Shown here: one piece after another, positions 13,825-26,565 of the stretch
Numbering within the stretch: position 1 is the first letter of the stretch
How the letters are laid out: every line of letters begins with the position of its first letter
NCBI GenBank assembly: GCA_012026655.1
Contig: JAAILG010000035.1
Span: 62,001-126,000, forward strand
Origin: Hydrolagus affinis
Taxonomy: Eukaryota
DNA: 64,000 nucleotides
Direction of reading: 5' to 3'
Notes under the pieces: model-generated
Seen by the model: only the letters and a program-made list of their open reading frames with translations
Told to the model about the DNA's origin: nothing
Database searches by the model: none
Position numbers and translations under genes: made by a program

Positions 13825-14744
13825 AGACTGTTTCCCAAGGGCACAATCGGGCTTAGCCGCAATGCCTCATGATCATTATGGACTGTTTTGCTCCCTGTTC
13901 ACACTCACATGAAGAATGACCAACTGGGAGAGATTCCTAGCAACTACATACTATATAAGATATTCCTTCAGAAAATATAAGCTTCATAGTGTTCACAATT
14001 GCTTAAGAAAGTCCAATGCGGTTCACAATGCTTTAAAGTAACATTTACGCCACTGTTAAGCAGTCTGAGAACCTAACACGGATTAAGGGCATTATATAAA
14101 TGCAAGTTGTTGTTCTTTAAAGGTATGTAGCTCTTCTTGGTAGACCAACAATAACTTGCATTTCTATAGTAGCTTTCACATCAAAACAATCCAGAAGCAA
14201 CTTACAGAATTAATTAGATATCAAGTGAATGTTGTGTAAGCAGCAATGCGCTATAAACACTGCTAAAACACTGCACTGAAGCAAGCTGAAATTTTAATCC
14301 GAATGTTGACTCGCGCTCAAATTTACATACAGTGATTGTTTGTATGCAAAACTGTGAAATGTCAACATCAAGAACTGTACCTGTTCAATTTGTTATTAAA
14401 ATATTGCCCTGTTTTGATGTATCAGTATTCAATTGCTCGTTTAGAATAATATATTTGTAGGTGATGCAGTTCTTTCTGAGTAATTCTTCCATCGAGCCTT
14501 TTAGACGTGAAAGGCGCTCTATAAATGTAATTTTGTTGTTGTTGTACATCGATGATTTGCACCTGGGAATAGAGGGAGAAATCTCAAAGTTTGCAGATGA
14601 CACAAAACTGGGGTGGGGGTGGGGGAGGGGGGAGGAGAGGGTAGTAAATACTGGGGAGAATCAATGAAAGAAAGTATGAGATAGTTTTGGGAGGAAAAAG
14701 ACATAGGAAGAATTTATAATTTAAAGGGGCAAATCTTAAATAGA

Positions 14745-15275
14745 TGCACACTCCACCCCAAGGAGCCAGTTAGGAACCTCAGTGTCTTGTTCAACTCTCA
14801 ACTTTTCATCTGTGCCTGACCCATTCAAGTTCCACACCAACACAATATTGTCTGCTTATGCCACTACAGCTCCCCTTGGAACGTTAATATCCTCGCATGT
14901 AGTTTTATCTCACCAAGGCTTAATTACACCAACTCTCCACTCATCAGACTCTTCCCTCCTCAAGCTGCACAGCGTTCGGAACTCTGAGTGTGTCCTCTCT
15001 CCCAGTAGACTCTGTAAGCCTATTCCCCTACCCCTGCTTGGTTCTACTGGCTTCCCATCCCATCACTCCACTCGCCCCCCCACGCACCTTTGCATCAGTG
15101 ATCGTGCCTTCAATGTCTCTGCCCCACTGCCCGGAATACCACTCTTTGCCTCAGGAGTCGTTTTGCCTCACCTCGTCCCTCTTCCCCCGCATTCCACCTT
15201 CTTCAAGATTTATTGCAAGACCTTCCTCTTAGAATGTGCTTTTAGTCATCCTACCCCCCACCTTCACCACCTTTT
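14745..15275 (+). mobile_element. Decayed L2 3' fragment
   Basis: ccagttaggaacctcagtgtcttgttc..gccttcaatgtctctgcccc..ttcttcaag..accttcctct, collinear with other L2 copies. Confidence 0.7.
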
Positions 15276-15282
15276 TATCTTT

Positions 15283-15757
15283 GGAACTCAGAGGTTGAGA
15301 AGGGATATGATAGAAGTATATAAGATAATGGGAGGCTTAGTTAGAGCAGATAAGGAAAGATTATTTCCAGTGGGTCAGTGGTGGTCTAGAAGTAGGTGCC
15401 ATGTAAATAATTTTAGAATCAGATAGTGGGAGATTGTTTCCCCTGGTTGCAGAATCTAAAACCAGGGGTCACAGTCTTAAAGTTAGGGGTCAGACCTTTC
15501 ACACTGAGTTGAGAAAAAAACTTCTTCACTCAGAGGGTGGTGAATGTATGGAATTCTTTACGCCAAAGGGCTGTTGCTGCTCAGTCCTTAAACATATTCA
15601 AGACTGAGTTAAATAGATTTCTCATTTATAAAGGGATTAAGGGGTATGGGGATAAGGCAGGTAGCTGGAGTTAGAGTAGAATATCAGCCATGATTGAATG
15701 GTGGGGCAGGCTCGATGGGCCGAATGGCCTACTCCTGCTCCTATTTCTTATGTTTCT
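15283..15757 (+). mobile_element. Two tandem CR1 3' fragments
   Basis: RLRRDMIEVYKIM..KERLFP, then a second copy with cttcttcactcagagggtggtgaatgtatggaattc and the CR1 tail. Confidence 0.88.
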
Positions 15758-16502
15758 CAAGAATGGAGATTAAGATAAACGTTTTTATACAGCGAATGTA
15801 AAACGTTTATTTTTGACTAGCTATACCTGTTGCAGCTGCGCTTTCAACCAAAGGATCCAATATGGAATGGAGATTTCAGTGATACCACTCACAGATCATT
15901 CTATATGCAGACACATTTTGTGTATACCTTAAGCGAAACTGCCATACATGTACGATGAGCTTGTTTGGGTCATGAAAGATGTTATCAAAGCTATGCTTAC
16001 TGCCATTTTTATTTGTAATTGAAAGACTTGATGTTCATTTAGGCATCTTTATCTTGTTCCTACTGGTTGGCTTGTCTGAGTGTGTACTACATGCTTGTGT
16101 GCGTACGTGCCCTGTGATGCACAATGCCACAGTGCCACTTGGAGTTGGCATGGCAACCAACAACTACAACAAAATTACATTCATAGAGAACCTTTCATGT
16201 CGGGAGGATATCCCAAGACACTGAATCAGGTGTAATTGCAGTGCAAAGTTGCCATAAATGTGTGATGAGCCTGTTTAGGTCATAATTCATTAATGATAAG
16301 GGATCCCCAAAGAAAAATATGCCCATGGCATTCTCAAATGCAAGGCCTTTCCAATGATGTATATATCACGTCTCTACATCAATTGGTTATTGAGATCTTG
16401 GCTGACATACAGACAGACATCAGCATTTTTTTAGTATAGATTTATTTTATTTTATCCACTGTAGGTATGAGGAATTCTACCAGAGCTAGTTGTTGGGATA
16501 AT

Positions 16503-17010
16503 AAAAACAACAACAAAATTGCATTTATAGAGGGCCTTTCACATCGGGAGGACGTCCCAAGGCGCTGAACTGTCAGGTCAGGACCTGAGCAAGGGAGAGG
16601 GGCAGGGTACGAAGGAGGAGGGGTGGGAGAGAGTTGGGAGGGCAGCAGAAGGCACGGTCGAAGAGGAGGGTCTTGAGACCAGCCTTGAAGGAGGCGAGGG
16701 AGGGAGCGAGGTGAAGGACTGTGGGATGGAGTTCCAGAATGTGGGGGCAGAGAGGCTGAATTCCGGTTGCCGATGGTAGGGCGGGTCGGGCAGGGAACAT
16801 GGACCAGGCCCTGTGGAGGGGTCAGGGAGGTTCATAGGGGGACAGCAGGTTTAGTGAGTGGGGGGGGGGGTGGTCGGGGTGGGGGCAGGATTGTGAATGG
16901 CCTTGAAAGTGAGGACTAGGATCTTGAGTTTAATCCTCTGGGGGATGGGGAGCCAAAGGAGTGATGTGGTTGCGGAGCTTGGTGCGGGTGAGGACACGAG
17001 CTGCAGCTGC
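16503..17010 (-). mobile_element. Young L2 3' end
   Basis: (CAA)n tail; minus strand reads FSLSAPTFWNSIP..SFKAGLKTLLFDRAF; close to the copies at 30850 and 53352. Confidence 0.92.
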
Positions 17011-18050
17011 AGCATAACCAAATGCACTTAAAAAAAGAGACACTTAGCTGAGGGAAAATAAAGTTGAGATTTTATGTGGAAAAGCCAGGTAATGGTACTT
17101 GGGATAGGATCTAGGATAGACAATAGTCTGGAGTATAAATAGTAGCCAGACTGGCTGGGCTGAATGGCTTATTTCTGTACCATTTCTGAATGTATGAGCC
17201 TCTGGCTGCATGTTTGTAGGACATTGCTACGTAGAAATTGGCTGCTGGTTTCGCCCACAATATACACAGTAAAGCGCTTTAATAAGACACTCTGATGAAA
17301 TGATAAGACGCTGCCTTAACTGCCATAATCGTTGTGAGGATTATTATTTCCTTTTCATGGTTCAGGTCTCCCAAACTGAGCTGCAGTTCAAATCTCTTCA
17401 AATCTCTGCACTCTCGTACTCACAGCTGAAGGCATCTGTTGGCTCGCTCTCTACCTGAGGCACATTGGCCGGCTGCATTCTTTGTGTGCGCTCACAATTG
17501 GGTAGTGCTTTGAATTCCATCGGCAGTCTGTACAGACAATGTTAATTGGAGCACAATGGGTGACTGTCAGTTCCAGGAAAGACGCCTGATTCTTTTTTGG
17601 TGAATTTGACAAATTGCACATCATGTATGGAGACATGACTCAATATCTAGCCAGCTACTGCAAACACACCAACATTTATTCCAAATTGAAAAGGTAGGAT
17701 GTCAGTTAAACCATAGATTTCACTGATAAACTGTACAAAATACAAATCAAGCATATCACCGGCAATAAAGCACATCAATGATTTTTTTAATTGGTGTGCA
17801 CAGGACTTTTTCTATATAAAACTTCCATTTAAAAATTATTTTATTTATTCAGCATGTAAATCAGCTCTTCGTGCTTAACAGGCTTTTCTTGAGGTCAGGA
17901 TGACCTGGTTAAAAAAAAACAGAGTTCTCATAAGCAACTCATGCTCATGTGTTTGAGTATATGTTCTGTCAAATATACAACAGCGGAGGAATGTCCAAGT
18001 TGGTGTTCGAGACAAAGGAACGTTCCACTCATTATGTTTGTAATTGGCAG

Positions 18051-18163
18051 CTAAAAGAGCAACCAAGTTTCGAGACTGGCTGGACTGGAGCAGTATGGAG
18101 GTCAAGCCAAATGCAGTGGCTGTTGAGATCATGGCATACCTTGCCTATGAGACAGTGGCTCAG
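18051..18163 (+). CDS. SUPT3H: SUPT3H coding exon (113 bp, phase 1 to 0)
   Basis: Acceptor taattggcAG, donor GTACGT. Encodes (A)[37 protein letters not shown] (human [38 protein letters not shown]); phase fits the previous exon. Confidence 0.97.
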
Positions 18164-18789
18164 GTACGTACTCTACTGTACAAACATCAATTTGTGGAGA
18201 TTACAGAATAATGTTGAGCGCACACATAAACGCCAGCAAACTATTGTTACCATGCTGCTTTTTAAAAAAAACAAAAAAACTTGCAGTTATACAGCACCCT
18301 GAACGAATGGGGCGGCATCTCTGAATACTTCAAAAAGGTGAACAAAAAGGTTAAAGAAAAGTGCAAATTTTTCATGGGCGTAGAACAGATTTTTGAGTCT
18401 CAAAGAATAAACCCCTGCAATATATAGAGTGTTGCAACAAAATATAATGTAATCTCACTTTATATAGAGAGAATCCACAACAGATCTGTTTTTCCATAAC
18501 CACTGAGATCAGCCATGTGTCTTTACCAGACAACACACGCAATGATTCTGGGACTTTAGTGTAACTTTTTTAGATGATTGAGGTAATGGAATTTTTGTGA
18601 CTGGATGTTTTGTTCAGGAAGACCAGTCAGTGTATCTCATGTGTAACAAAGTTACTAAGCTGTAATGCAAGTCACAAGGCGTTTCAGTTCATTGTAGAGA
18701 CAGGTTGGCTGTAGTGGTTAATCCTGAGTTTTTAAGAAGGAATGCTTGCTGCCCACTGAACTATATAGGATTACACATGCCTCTCCACT

Positions 18790-19280
18790 GAACTGTCTTC
18801 TCTATACCCACTTTGTTCTAAAACAAATAAATTTCAAGATCCTCACTTTCACTTTCAAATCTCTTCACTACCCTGATATCTCCCTACCTTTCCGATTTGC
18901 CCACACCCCCACTCCATCTTCCCTCAGCTGGATCAGGTCTTTGACACATCTCTCCATTGAGAATTCATTGCTATCAACATCTCCATTATTGTAGCTGGTG
19001 ACTATCAGGATGGTAGAAGGCAGACTAGATGGAACTTTGTCTTTTTCTGTCTGGCGATTGCTCTGCTCCATTCTGCCCTAAATCCCTGGAACTCCATACC
19101 CTCTGTTTTACACCCTATAGTGTACACCCTCTTTGTCATCTTCAAATAACACCCGACTTTCCTTTTCAACCATGCCTTCAGTGCACCTCCCCTCCTGGCT
19201 TGGCAATAAACCACGCCACTATTAAGCACTCCGAAACGCTGCCTGTATGAAGGGCGCTATATGAATGCAGGTTTTTGGTG
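18790..19280 (+). mobile_element. Decayed L2 3' fragment
   Basis: QINFKILTFTFKSLH motif, ccctggaactccatacc, tail gaagggcgctatatgaatgc. Confidence 0.65.
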
Positions 19281-19603
19281 GTGTGTTTCCGTCCTTCAAA
19301 TGATATGTTAAATCAAAGGTCCAACTGCCTGATATTAAAGATTCAATTGGCACTATTCAAAGAGAGAAAAAAAAAAATCCTAGCCAGCAATTGTCCAGTT
19401 AATATTGCTCATTCACTTCATGGCTGTTTGCTGTATGCCATTAGACAACTATGTTCACCTCCAAAATATGGTCATTACATTTATAGTAAATAATATGAAA
19501 TGTTTTGAAAGGTGATAAGAAATTATTCCAAATTCCGGTTTCATCATTGTTACATATTAGGTTAATTTCCAATCAAAAAGTAGACTTGTCTCTTTTTTTT
19601 CAG

Positions 19604-19714
19604 CTGGTAGATCTGGCTCTTTTAGTGAAGCAAGACATGGCAGCTAAAACTGGAGATCCATTCAGTCACGCCAGATCTGCAACTCTGGTTCACCAACATA
19701 ATACTTTGCCTGAG
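19604..19714 (+). CDS. SUPT3H: SUPT3H coding exon (111 bp, phase 0 to 0)
   Basis: Acceptor tctttttttcAG, donor GTACGT. Encodes [37 protein letters not shown] (human [27 protein letters not shown]). Confidence 0.97.
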
Positions 19715-20519
19715 GTACGTGCTGCTAAAAAAACAGTAGAAATTTCTATGTTATTGGTATTGGTATGAGACACTATCCCACATGTCGGGCACAAGGGAAG
19801 AATTACCATTAGAGTAACAATCAAGAACAACTTATTGTTGACAAGTTGTTGATAAAATTGTCCGCATCCTGTCAGAGATTGGGATTTATGCCAAATGGTG
19901 ATATGATAGAGATGTTTAATCTAGATATATAGGGGTTTAAAGTGAGATATTTTCACAAGGCAATGAATACAAATCTGGGCATGAACAAGCTAGTGAACAA
20001 ATGCTTACAAAAGACCATATTTCTTGACGGACTTGTTTTTGGAGTTGGGATTCAAGTTTTGTCAGTCGCTAGTTCCATAAACCTGAAGTCACAACAACAA
20101 CAACTTTGATTTCTATAGCTCCCTCCACGCCGGACAGTGTCTCAGACGGCGTCTCAAACCGGTAGTTGAAATGAAAACATGTTTGTTTTTGAATATCAAT
20201 AAATAACTCCCACAATACCCAGTATCTGTTTGATTTGTTTTTGTGGGCACAATACTAGAGTTTTGACAATTCCAAAGGTGAATCACTGACAAAAGTGACA
20301 TGATCCTGGTTGTGATGCCTCAGGGTGTGTTGCATTGTGGTTTCCATCTGTAGAAAATAATCACACAACACGCCGTGCGGCTTTTACTAGATTTGAACAG
20401 TAACCATGGTTTGTAGAGTTATTTATGGAATGTTCAGATTATAAACTTTGAACATTCACAAGGTTTGAAGAGAGGTTTGGGGAAGAAGGCTCTGTGACAT
20501 TTTTGATTTCATGCTTCCA

Positions 20520-20990
20520 GAATACTCATGATAGTGTATTGCCATTTCCAGCACCCAGCTGTTTCTTAAATGAGTCCAGCTTGCTGACCTCTACTGACCT
20601 ACCTGCTAAACTGTTCCATCTGTTGATCAATCTTTGTTCACTGTGGCACTCATTCCATTTCTTGCAATGCCTTAATTGTAGAGTGTTAATTTTTCGTGCT
20701 ACAGGTGACATATCCCTTAGAGTTTATCCCAGGCTCAAGGTCATGAATACCATAAATAAATTCTGTGTGGTGACATTAGAGAGTTTACACTTCTGTTATT
20801 CTTGATTTGGTTGGGTGGTGTGGCACTCTACAAGTTCCACTTCAGATATATTGAATTAAATTCTTAACTTTATTTTTCATTGCTGCCCTTTCTATATCAT
20901 TGAAACATTCTGGGTATCTTGCCAGTAGTTTTGTGGTAGACATTTAATGTCCAGATAATTGCCTCTCTTGTGTTCCTTCTGAACGCGGAA
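20520..20990 (-). mobile_element. Old CR1-like LINE fragment
   Basis: Minus strand reads QRLINRWNSLAGRSVEVSKLDSFKKQL. Confidence 0.65.
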
Positions 20991-21249
20991 TTAGGTGTTT
21001 TTTGTCATTGCCAAATATTGCAGCCCTGATGGTTGTTGGCTCCATCTATCACAACTGCCTAATTTTCTGTAAACTTTAGTTGCTTGTGGTTCCTCACATT
21101 CTTCACACTACATTTGACCAGACATGCTGGCAAAGTATGTCCGCACATGTCTTTATAGGAGGCAGGAATCTAATTTGTGGCTTGTTGTGACACTTTCAGA
21201 ATCTAAGAAAACCTAGAACAGCAATATACTGTATATCATTCACCCATGA

Positions 21250-21775
21250 ACAACCACAAATTGCATTTATACAACGCCTTTCACATCCAAAAGGATGTCC
21301 CAAGGCATTTGACAGTCCAGTATTTGCACCCGAGCTTGGGCAATGGGCAGAACTGAAGAGGGTGGGGACAAAGATGTCTGGACGTGTTGTCGAAGAGTTA
21401 AGTCAAGGCAGGCTTTAAAAGTATGGAGGGGAGGATTGAGTTCAGGATGGAAGGAAGGAATCGCAGGAGCCTGCAGTGATAGGGCGAGTCAAGACCATGA
21501 GGGATTTGAATGTGAGGACAAGAATCTTGAAATTGACCCCCTGGGAGCTAGGAATACAGTGTAGCCATGGATGATGGAGGTGCTAGGTTCTCAAAGGCAA
21601 GTGCAGGAGAGGACGCAGGCTACGGAGTGCAGGATAGTCTGTCTGCAGCTTGTGTAGGAAAGAGCTGGGGAGTCTGGGGAATATGAACAAGGATCTTGGC
21701 TGTCGCTGGGGGAAGTAATGGCTGAAACAGGTAATGCTACAGAAGTGAGGGAAAGCCTCTTTAATAATTGTGTGG
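21250..21775 (-). mobile_element. Decayed L2 3' fragment
   Basis: L2 tail (caaattgcatttatacaacgcctttcacat) and gaggacaagaatcttgaaattga (antisense KFKILVL). Confidence 0.7.
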
Positions 21776-22330
21776 CTTAGTTTCCAGTGGGTAGTCCTGG
21801 GGTCTAAAATGTAGCTTTCATAAACAAGTTATTGCCTAATTAAGGGAATTAGAAGTACAAATCCAGCTGTAGGAGTAGGATGTGATAGCAATTTCACAGA
21901 TATGCAGGCGGCCAAGACAGAATTAGAGAAGTGAGTTTCTCCTGTTGACCTGACCAACAAGCTCCCAGATAAAAAATATGTTCAGTCACTTCATGGCAGT
22001 TTGTGAGATTATTTACATTGGTATTATATTGCTTCACGACCTACCTTTTTGATTGTGTTTTCAGTCAACTTTCCCCTCCCCTAATTATGAACCGGATACA
22101 TCAGGATGTAGGATGTTAAGGAGTTGCACTTCAAATGGAAGAAAAATGGCATAATTAATTTAAAAACAACACTATCATTACTGTGAAAAGGACAGATGTA
22201 TTTTAACGTGATCAGCCAATGGAATCACTCTGGGTGGAACGACAAAGCAAGAAACAATGTATAAATTCTGTACATGTGTATGATGCTTTAGCCTCGCAAG
22301 AAGATTATTCTGCTTCCTTTTTCGTCGCAG

Positions 22331-22519
22331 CTTCAAGTACAGTCTATCAATGTGAAAAGTAATCCTGACTCTCCAGAGAACACCCCTCCGTCCACACCAA
22401 CAACCCCAGCATCAAGTACTCAGCACCTTGGATTCAAGGCACATTCAGGGAGTATAGGAAATGGAGGCATGGGACAAGATTCCAGCAGTGCTAAGACTAA
22501 AACTCGTAAGAGGAAGAAG
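22331..22519 (+). CDS. SUPT3H: SUPT3H S/T/P-rich, basic-ended coding exon (189 bp, phase 0 to 0), possibly a cassette exon
   Basis: Acceptor ttccttttttcgtcgcAG, donor AAG|GTTGGT, 63 open codons: LQVQSINVKSNPDSPENTPPSTPTTPASSTQHLGFKAHSGSIGNGGMGQDSSSAKTKTRKRKK. In frame with both neighbouring exons. Confidence 0.88.
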
Positions 22520-25500
22520 GTTGGTAGATGCTTCTTACTTAGACTCAATTTATTTACGTATTCTAGACCATGTCTTACATGTGCTCTGTTGTGTCAAAAT
22601 AATCATAGAAAATGTAGTCCATGACTGCTTTTAATTATACTCTTCTTCTTGAGATGTCTAGTATTTCATCCTATATTCTAGGCCCAGATATCTTGTCTAC
22701 TAAAGATGTTATGTGAACGGAGCCTTCGTTTCCTCAATTCACGATATTATATGGTTTGGATACTCTTCTGCATGATAATGGGTTTCCGCATGTGTCAGAC
22801 ATACACATTTGACCAAAAAAAAGTTACAATCTAGTTAGTTATTTCTACTAACTGGATTTAACAGATCAACTAAGTAGATAATCCCATGCAAGGATTTAAT
22901 TTCAGTTTTAACAACTTGAAAAACACTCACTTTATTACTTCAGAGGTCAACAATACGATGCTAGAGGATATCAATTTTTCCAAACCATTTGGAAACAAAC
23001 AACAAAACTACATCTCAAATATGGAACAGAGCTATATGATGGTGGGGGGAAGGAGGCTGAATAATAAAATGCTACTGTTTGAGATGCTATTTTTACCAAT
23101 GAATTGTGTCGATTGCTGCTAGAGTTTTTATGTAACCCTGTACACTGTAGTGCAAATGAAACAGTCAAATTTAAATCAAATTGGTTGCTAAAGGCAAATG
23201 GTGTTTCAATTCATGGAACAGATCAGGATTATGTTTTGAACTCGGGAACAATAGGAAAGGTACCAGGAAATTATATTAAGGTATGGTTGATATCTGCACT
23301 TGCAAACAAACTGTATTTTAATAAAGCTAGTTATTGTAAGCACGCTGTGATCACACAAGCCAAGAGTTTTTCATATAAGAGAAAATCTTTATTTTGTCAC
23401 AAACGGGGGGAAAATAAGTTTGTCTCTGGGAACGATTAACTACTTTAATTAAAGTGATCAGACATTCAGGTTCCACTGTTTGTGTATACAGACCATTAAG
23501 GGACATTTTAATACTGACGACAGTTGTATTAGATTCAGCCAAGTAGAAAATCTGTTTTGGAGATCAGAAATGGATATCAGGTAAGTAACGATGGACTGGA
23601 ACGCTATCCTGGAATTCTCACTTAATTGCCCTTTGAGGGGATAAATAAAAATGGGGCAGGTTCTGCAGAGCTTTGTGTTCTTGAGCAAAGCTTGGCGACT
23701 TTGCCTGTGGTTCAGCTCACTTCCCCCAGAACACTGGGTGAATTGGGATAGGCTGTACTACAGTGCAGGTTGCCAATCCTCTGCTGGAAGGAGCAAATTA
23801 TTTGCGTGACCTTTTCTTGTTCCTTAACTCCTTATGCTTTGAAACCATCAGCATCTGAGGTTGGTGGTTTTTGGTATTGACATTTATTAGCGTGTGGCTT
23901 CTCTGGTTTGCAGTCGTTGCATAAAAAAATGTGTGATTAGCCACAAATTAGATCTTCCCATTTATATTCAGCACTGCCATCTCCCTGTTTCTTATGTTCA
24001 CAGCCCACATTTTTTTTCACATTTGTTTGTTTCTTATTCTTAGTATTCAATTGGTAGCGATTTATGGTGCTTCTGTTTCCCAAAAGCAGAAACCTTCGCC
24101 TCTGCCAGGAAATGAATATAGTCAAACTGAAGTAGGTGTAGATCTTTTGTGAACAATGGCCTTTCGTAAGAGAAAGTACAGTAAATCCAGGATATGTACA
24201 ATAGGAAATTCTACTTTCAATGTGAGTAGATTTGAAAGAAATGTATAAAATTGCCAATTTTATACAGAAAACAACCCTCAAAGAATTTAGGTTTTGCTAT
24301 GTTCACTCAAGTTGAGCGTAGTGCCAGGTGTAAAAGTCAACAGCTCCTCTCCGAGAACTTAACCTTTTTAATTGATCTCGTTCCTGCTTTCCTCAGTTGG
24401 AATAGGACACTCTTTGAAATGAGGAGATCCACAATTCATCACAAAATGCAAGTCTGCACCTGTTGAAAGTTGGAGAGAGCAAGTCTGGGTTACACCTGTA
24501 GGATAGACTTGTGGTTCAATCTACTGGGTCAGATCTAGGTCAAGTTCAATGGACTGAGGTCAGAAACAAGTTTGCAATACCTTAAATTCACTGTGTGCTT
24601 TGGTTATTGGCCCTTTCCTTCCTAATTGATAGGCTTAATATTCATTCACAAAGTAAACTGGGCCTTGTTCAAGTGAGCTTTGTGATTGTTTTTGTTTGAG
24701 ACTTGATAATGCACATTTGTCTAGTAAGCTTCATGGTACTTTAACAATTACTAGACTGCATCAAACCAGCCCAACTAATTACATTGCCTGAAAATGTAAT
24801 CTGATACATGGTTCAGTGCATTCAGTAACAAGAATTTGTTCCTTGGTTAAATTATATTGAGGGGTGGGGATGGAATTTCTGTTACTGTGTGAAATGTATC
24901 TCACTGCTTTAACTTTTGCATTGTTATTTGTTGAGCATGTTATGGTATACACGACAGAATTCACTGCTCGGGGTGCATGTAACATGTTTGTATTTCAAAA
25001 GAGGATCAGCTCATTCAGTGTTATTATTGATTCCTGACATATTTAAAAACTTACTATTCTTTCATAGTAGGATTGTATTTTATATACAAGTGAATACAAT
25101 ACAATCAGTTAGACTTAAAGGGGCAATTGTCTACATGAGAGACTATTATTTTCATCATTGAGGGTGATTGTGTGGCACAATTTGATGTGATTTGTATCAT
25201 TGTCATTTGTAAGATACAAATAAGAAAGCCTTTGGAGGTGATTGCCACCACTTTAAAATGGCATTAAGTAGATAGTTTCAATACGATTCGGGAATAATAT
25301 TATTTCTAATCATAATTAAGAGATGTGTTTACTTCAGTTAGAAACGCAACTATTGAACGGCAGTACTGAAAACAAAATATGTTCTCAGCCAGTCTCATTG
25401 TATCAGCATCTTGGTACATCTTTACCTTTTACTGGAGAAAAAAAGGAGCTTCTATTGTAGTTAAGCTTTAGCTGTTACTCTGGTATAGGGTGTTTCTGCA

Positions 25501-26339
25501 GTCATCAGAGACACTTTGGCACTATAGCCTGCCATATCATTTATTATGGCATTCTTGGAGTGTTTAAAGTTGTGCTCACAATTTTAAAAAAAAAACTTTT
25601 CCATATAAGTTGCAGAAAAGTTAGGTAAACAAAACAATTTATTTTAGCGTTTCTGCTTTTGCAATTTAACTTGAGCAATAAATGCCTTTACACTGCGAAG
25701 ATGGTAGCTAAGACAAGCTTTGACACTTTGGGGGAGAGAGGAAGGAGGTTGGTGACACATGGTGCTGCCTTATTATTGGTATTTTTTCTCAAGAGTATTT
25801 GAAAATATCTTACATTTTGTCTAACTGTTCCTCACCTTCTAGGAACAGAAAGCTTTGTTTTAAACATTCGTCTCACGCATGCTGTGTTCACAACTGAAAG
25901 TTTCCCCCTTTCACATGTTGGGATATGTGTTTATATCATTGAATAAAATAAAACCTAACGAATGAAGATCATAACATAAATACGTTGCTGGTGTGTAATT
26001 GTGGTCTAATTTGTGATGGGTCTTATCCTGTTACAATTCCCATTGACTTTTGAGAAATCGGCGATGGAAGTGGATTAAACTCGTAAAGAAATCCGTTATA
26101 AAATAAATTGGGAATTAAACCTCGCATTATTGTAAGATTGCAGCATTTTGAATCCCCTGACACTTTGAACAGGTTGTGTAAACCGGGGATTTTAGTCTAA
26201 ACTATTCTCCCGACAAAGTACAGTACACCCCAAGGTGATGATTACGACAGAGAGTGTAATTCCTCCATTGTTATGCATGAGGTGTGATCTCTGAATGCTA
26301 GCAGATTATTTAACCACAAGGTTATGGTCTAGCCAGTCC

Positions 26340-26565
26340 TCTGTTGATCTAACATCCATATGTGTGTACATCCTGCAGGGTGTATTGGATAATGATCAGG
26401 AGCAAGAACCCTGACAGATTTTCATTTGCTGGGACATTGTCGCACCTCCAAATACTGGCCTGGTTTACGTTGGCCAAATCATGCACATGGACTGAAATTG
26501 AGACCATCTTGATTTGACTGATTCGATACCACACAAGTAGTGCAGCTATGCGCTGAGCCATGGGA
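26340..26565 (-). mobile_element. LF-SINE-like ancient SINE fragment
   Basis: Reverse complement has the head tcccatggctcag and aaaatctgtcagggttcttgctcctgatcattatccaat, shared with 58015-58065 and 61310-61360. Confidence 0.55.

Noticed and set aside
14782-15426. 214-aa ORF (+)
   Set aside because: Chance read-through across decayed L2 and CR1 fragments.
17949-18302. 117-aa ORF over the third exon
   Set aside because: Different frame from the conserved SUPT3H peptide; no independent support.
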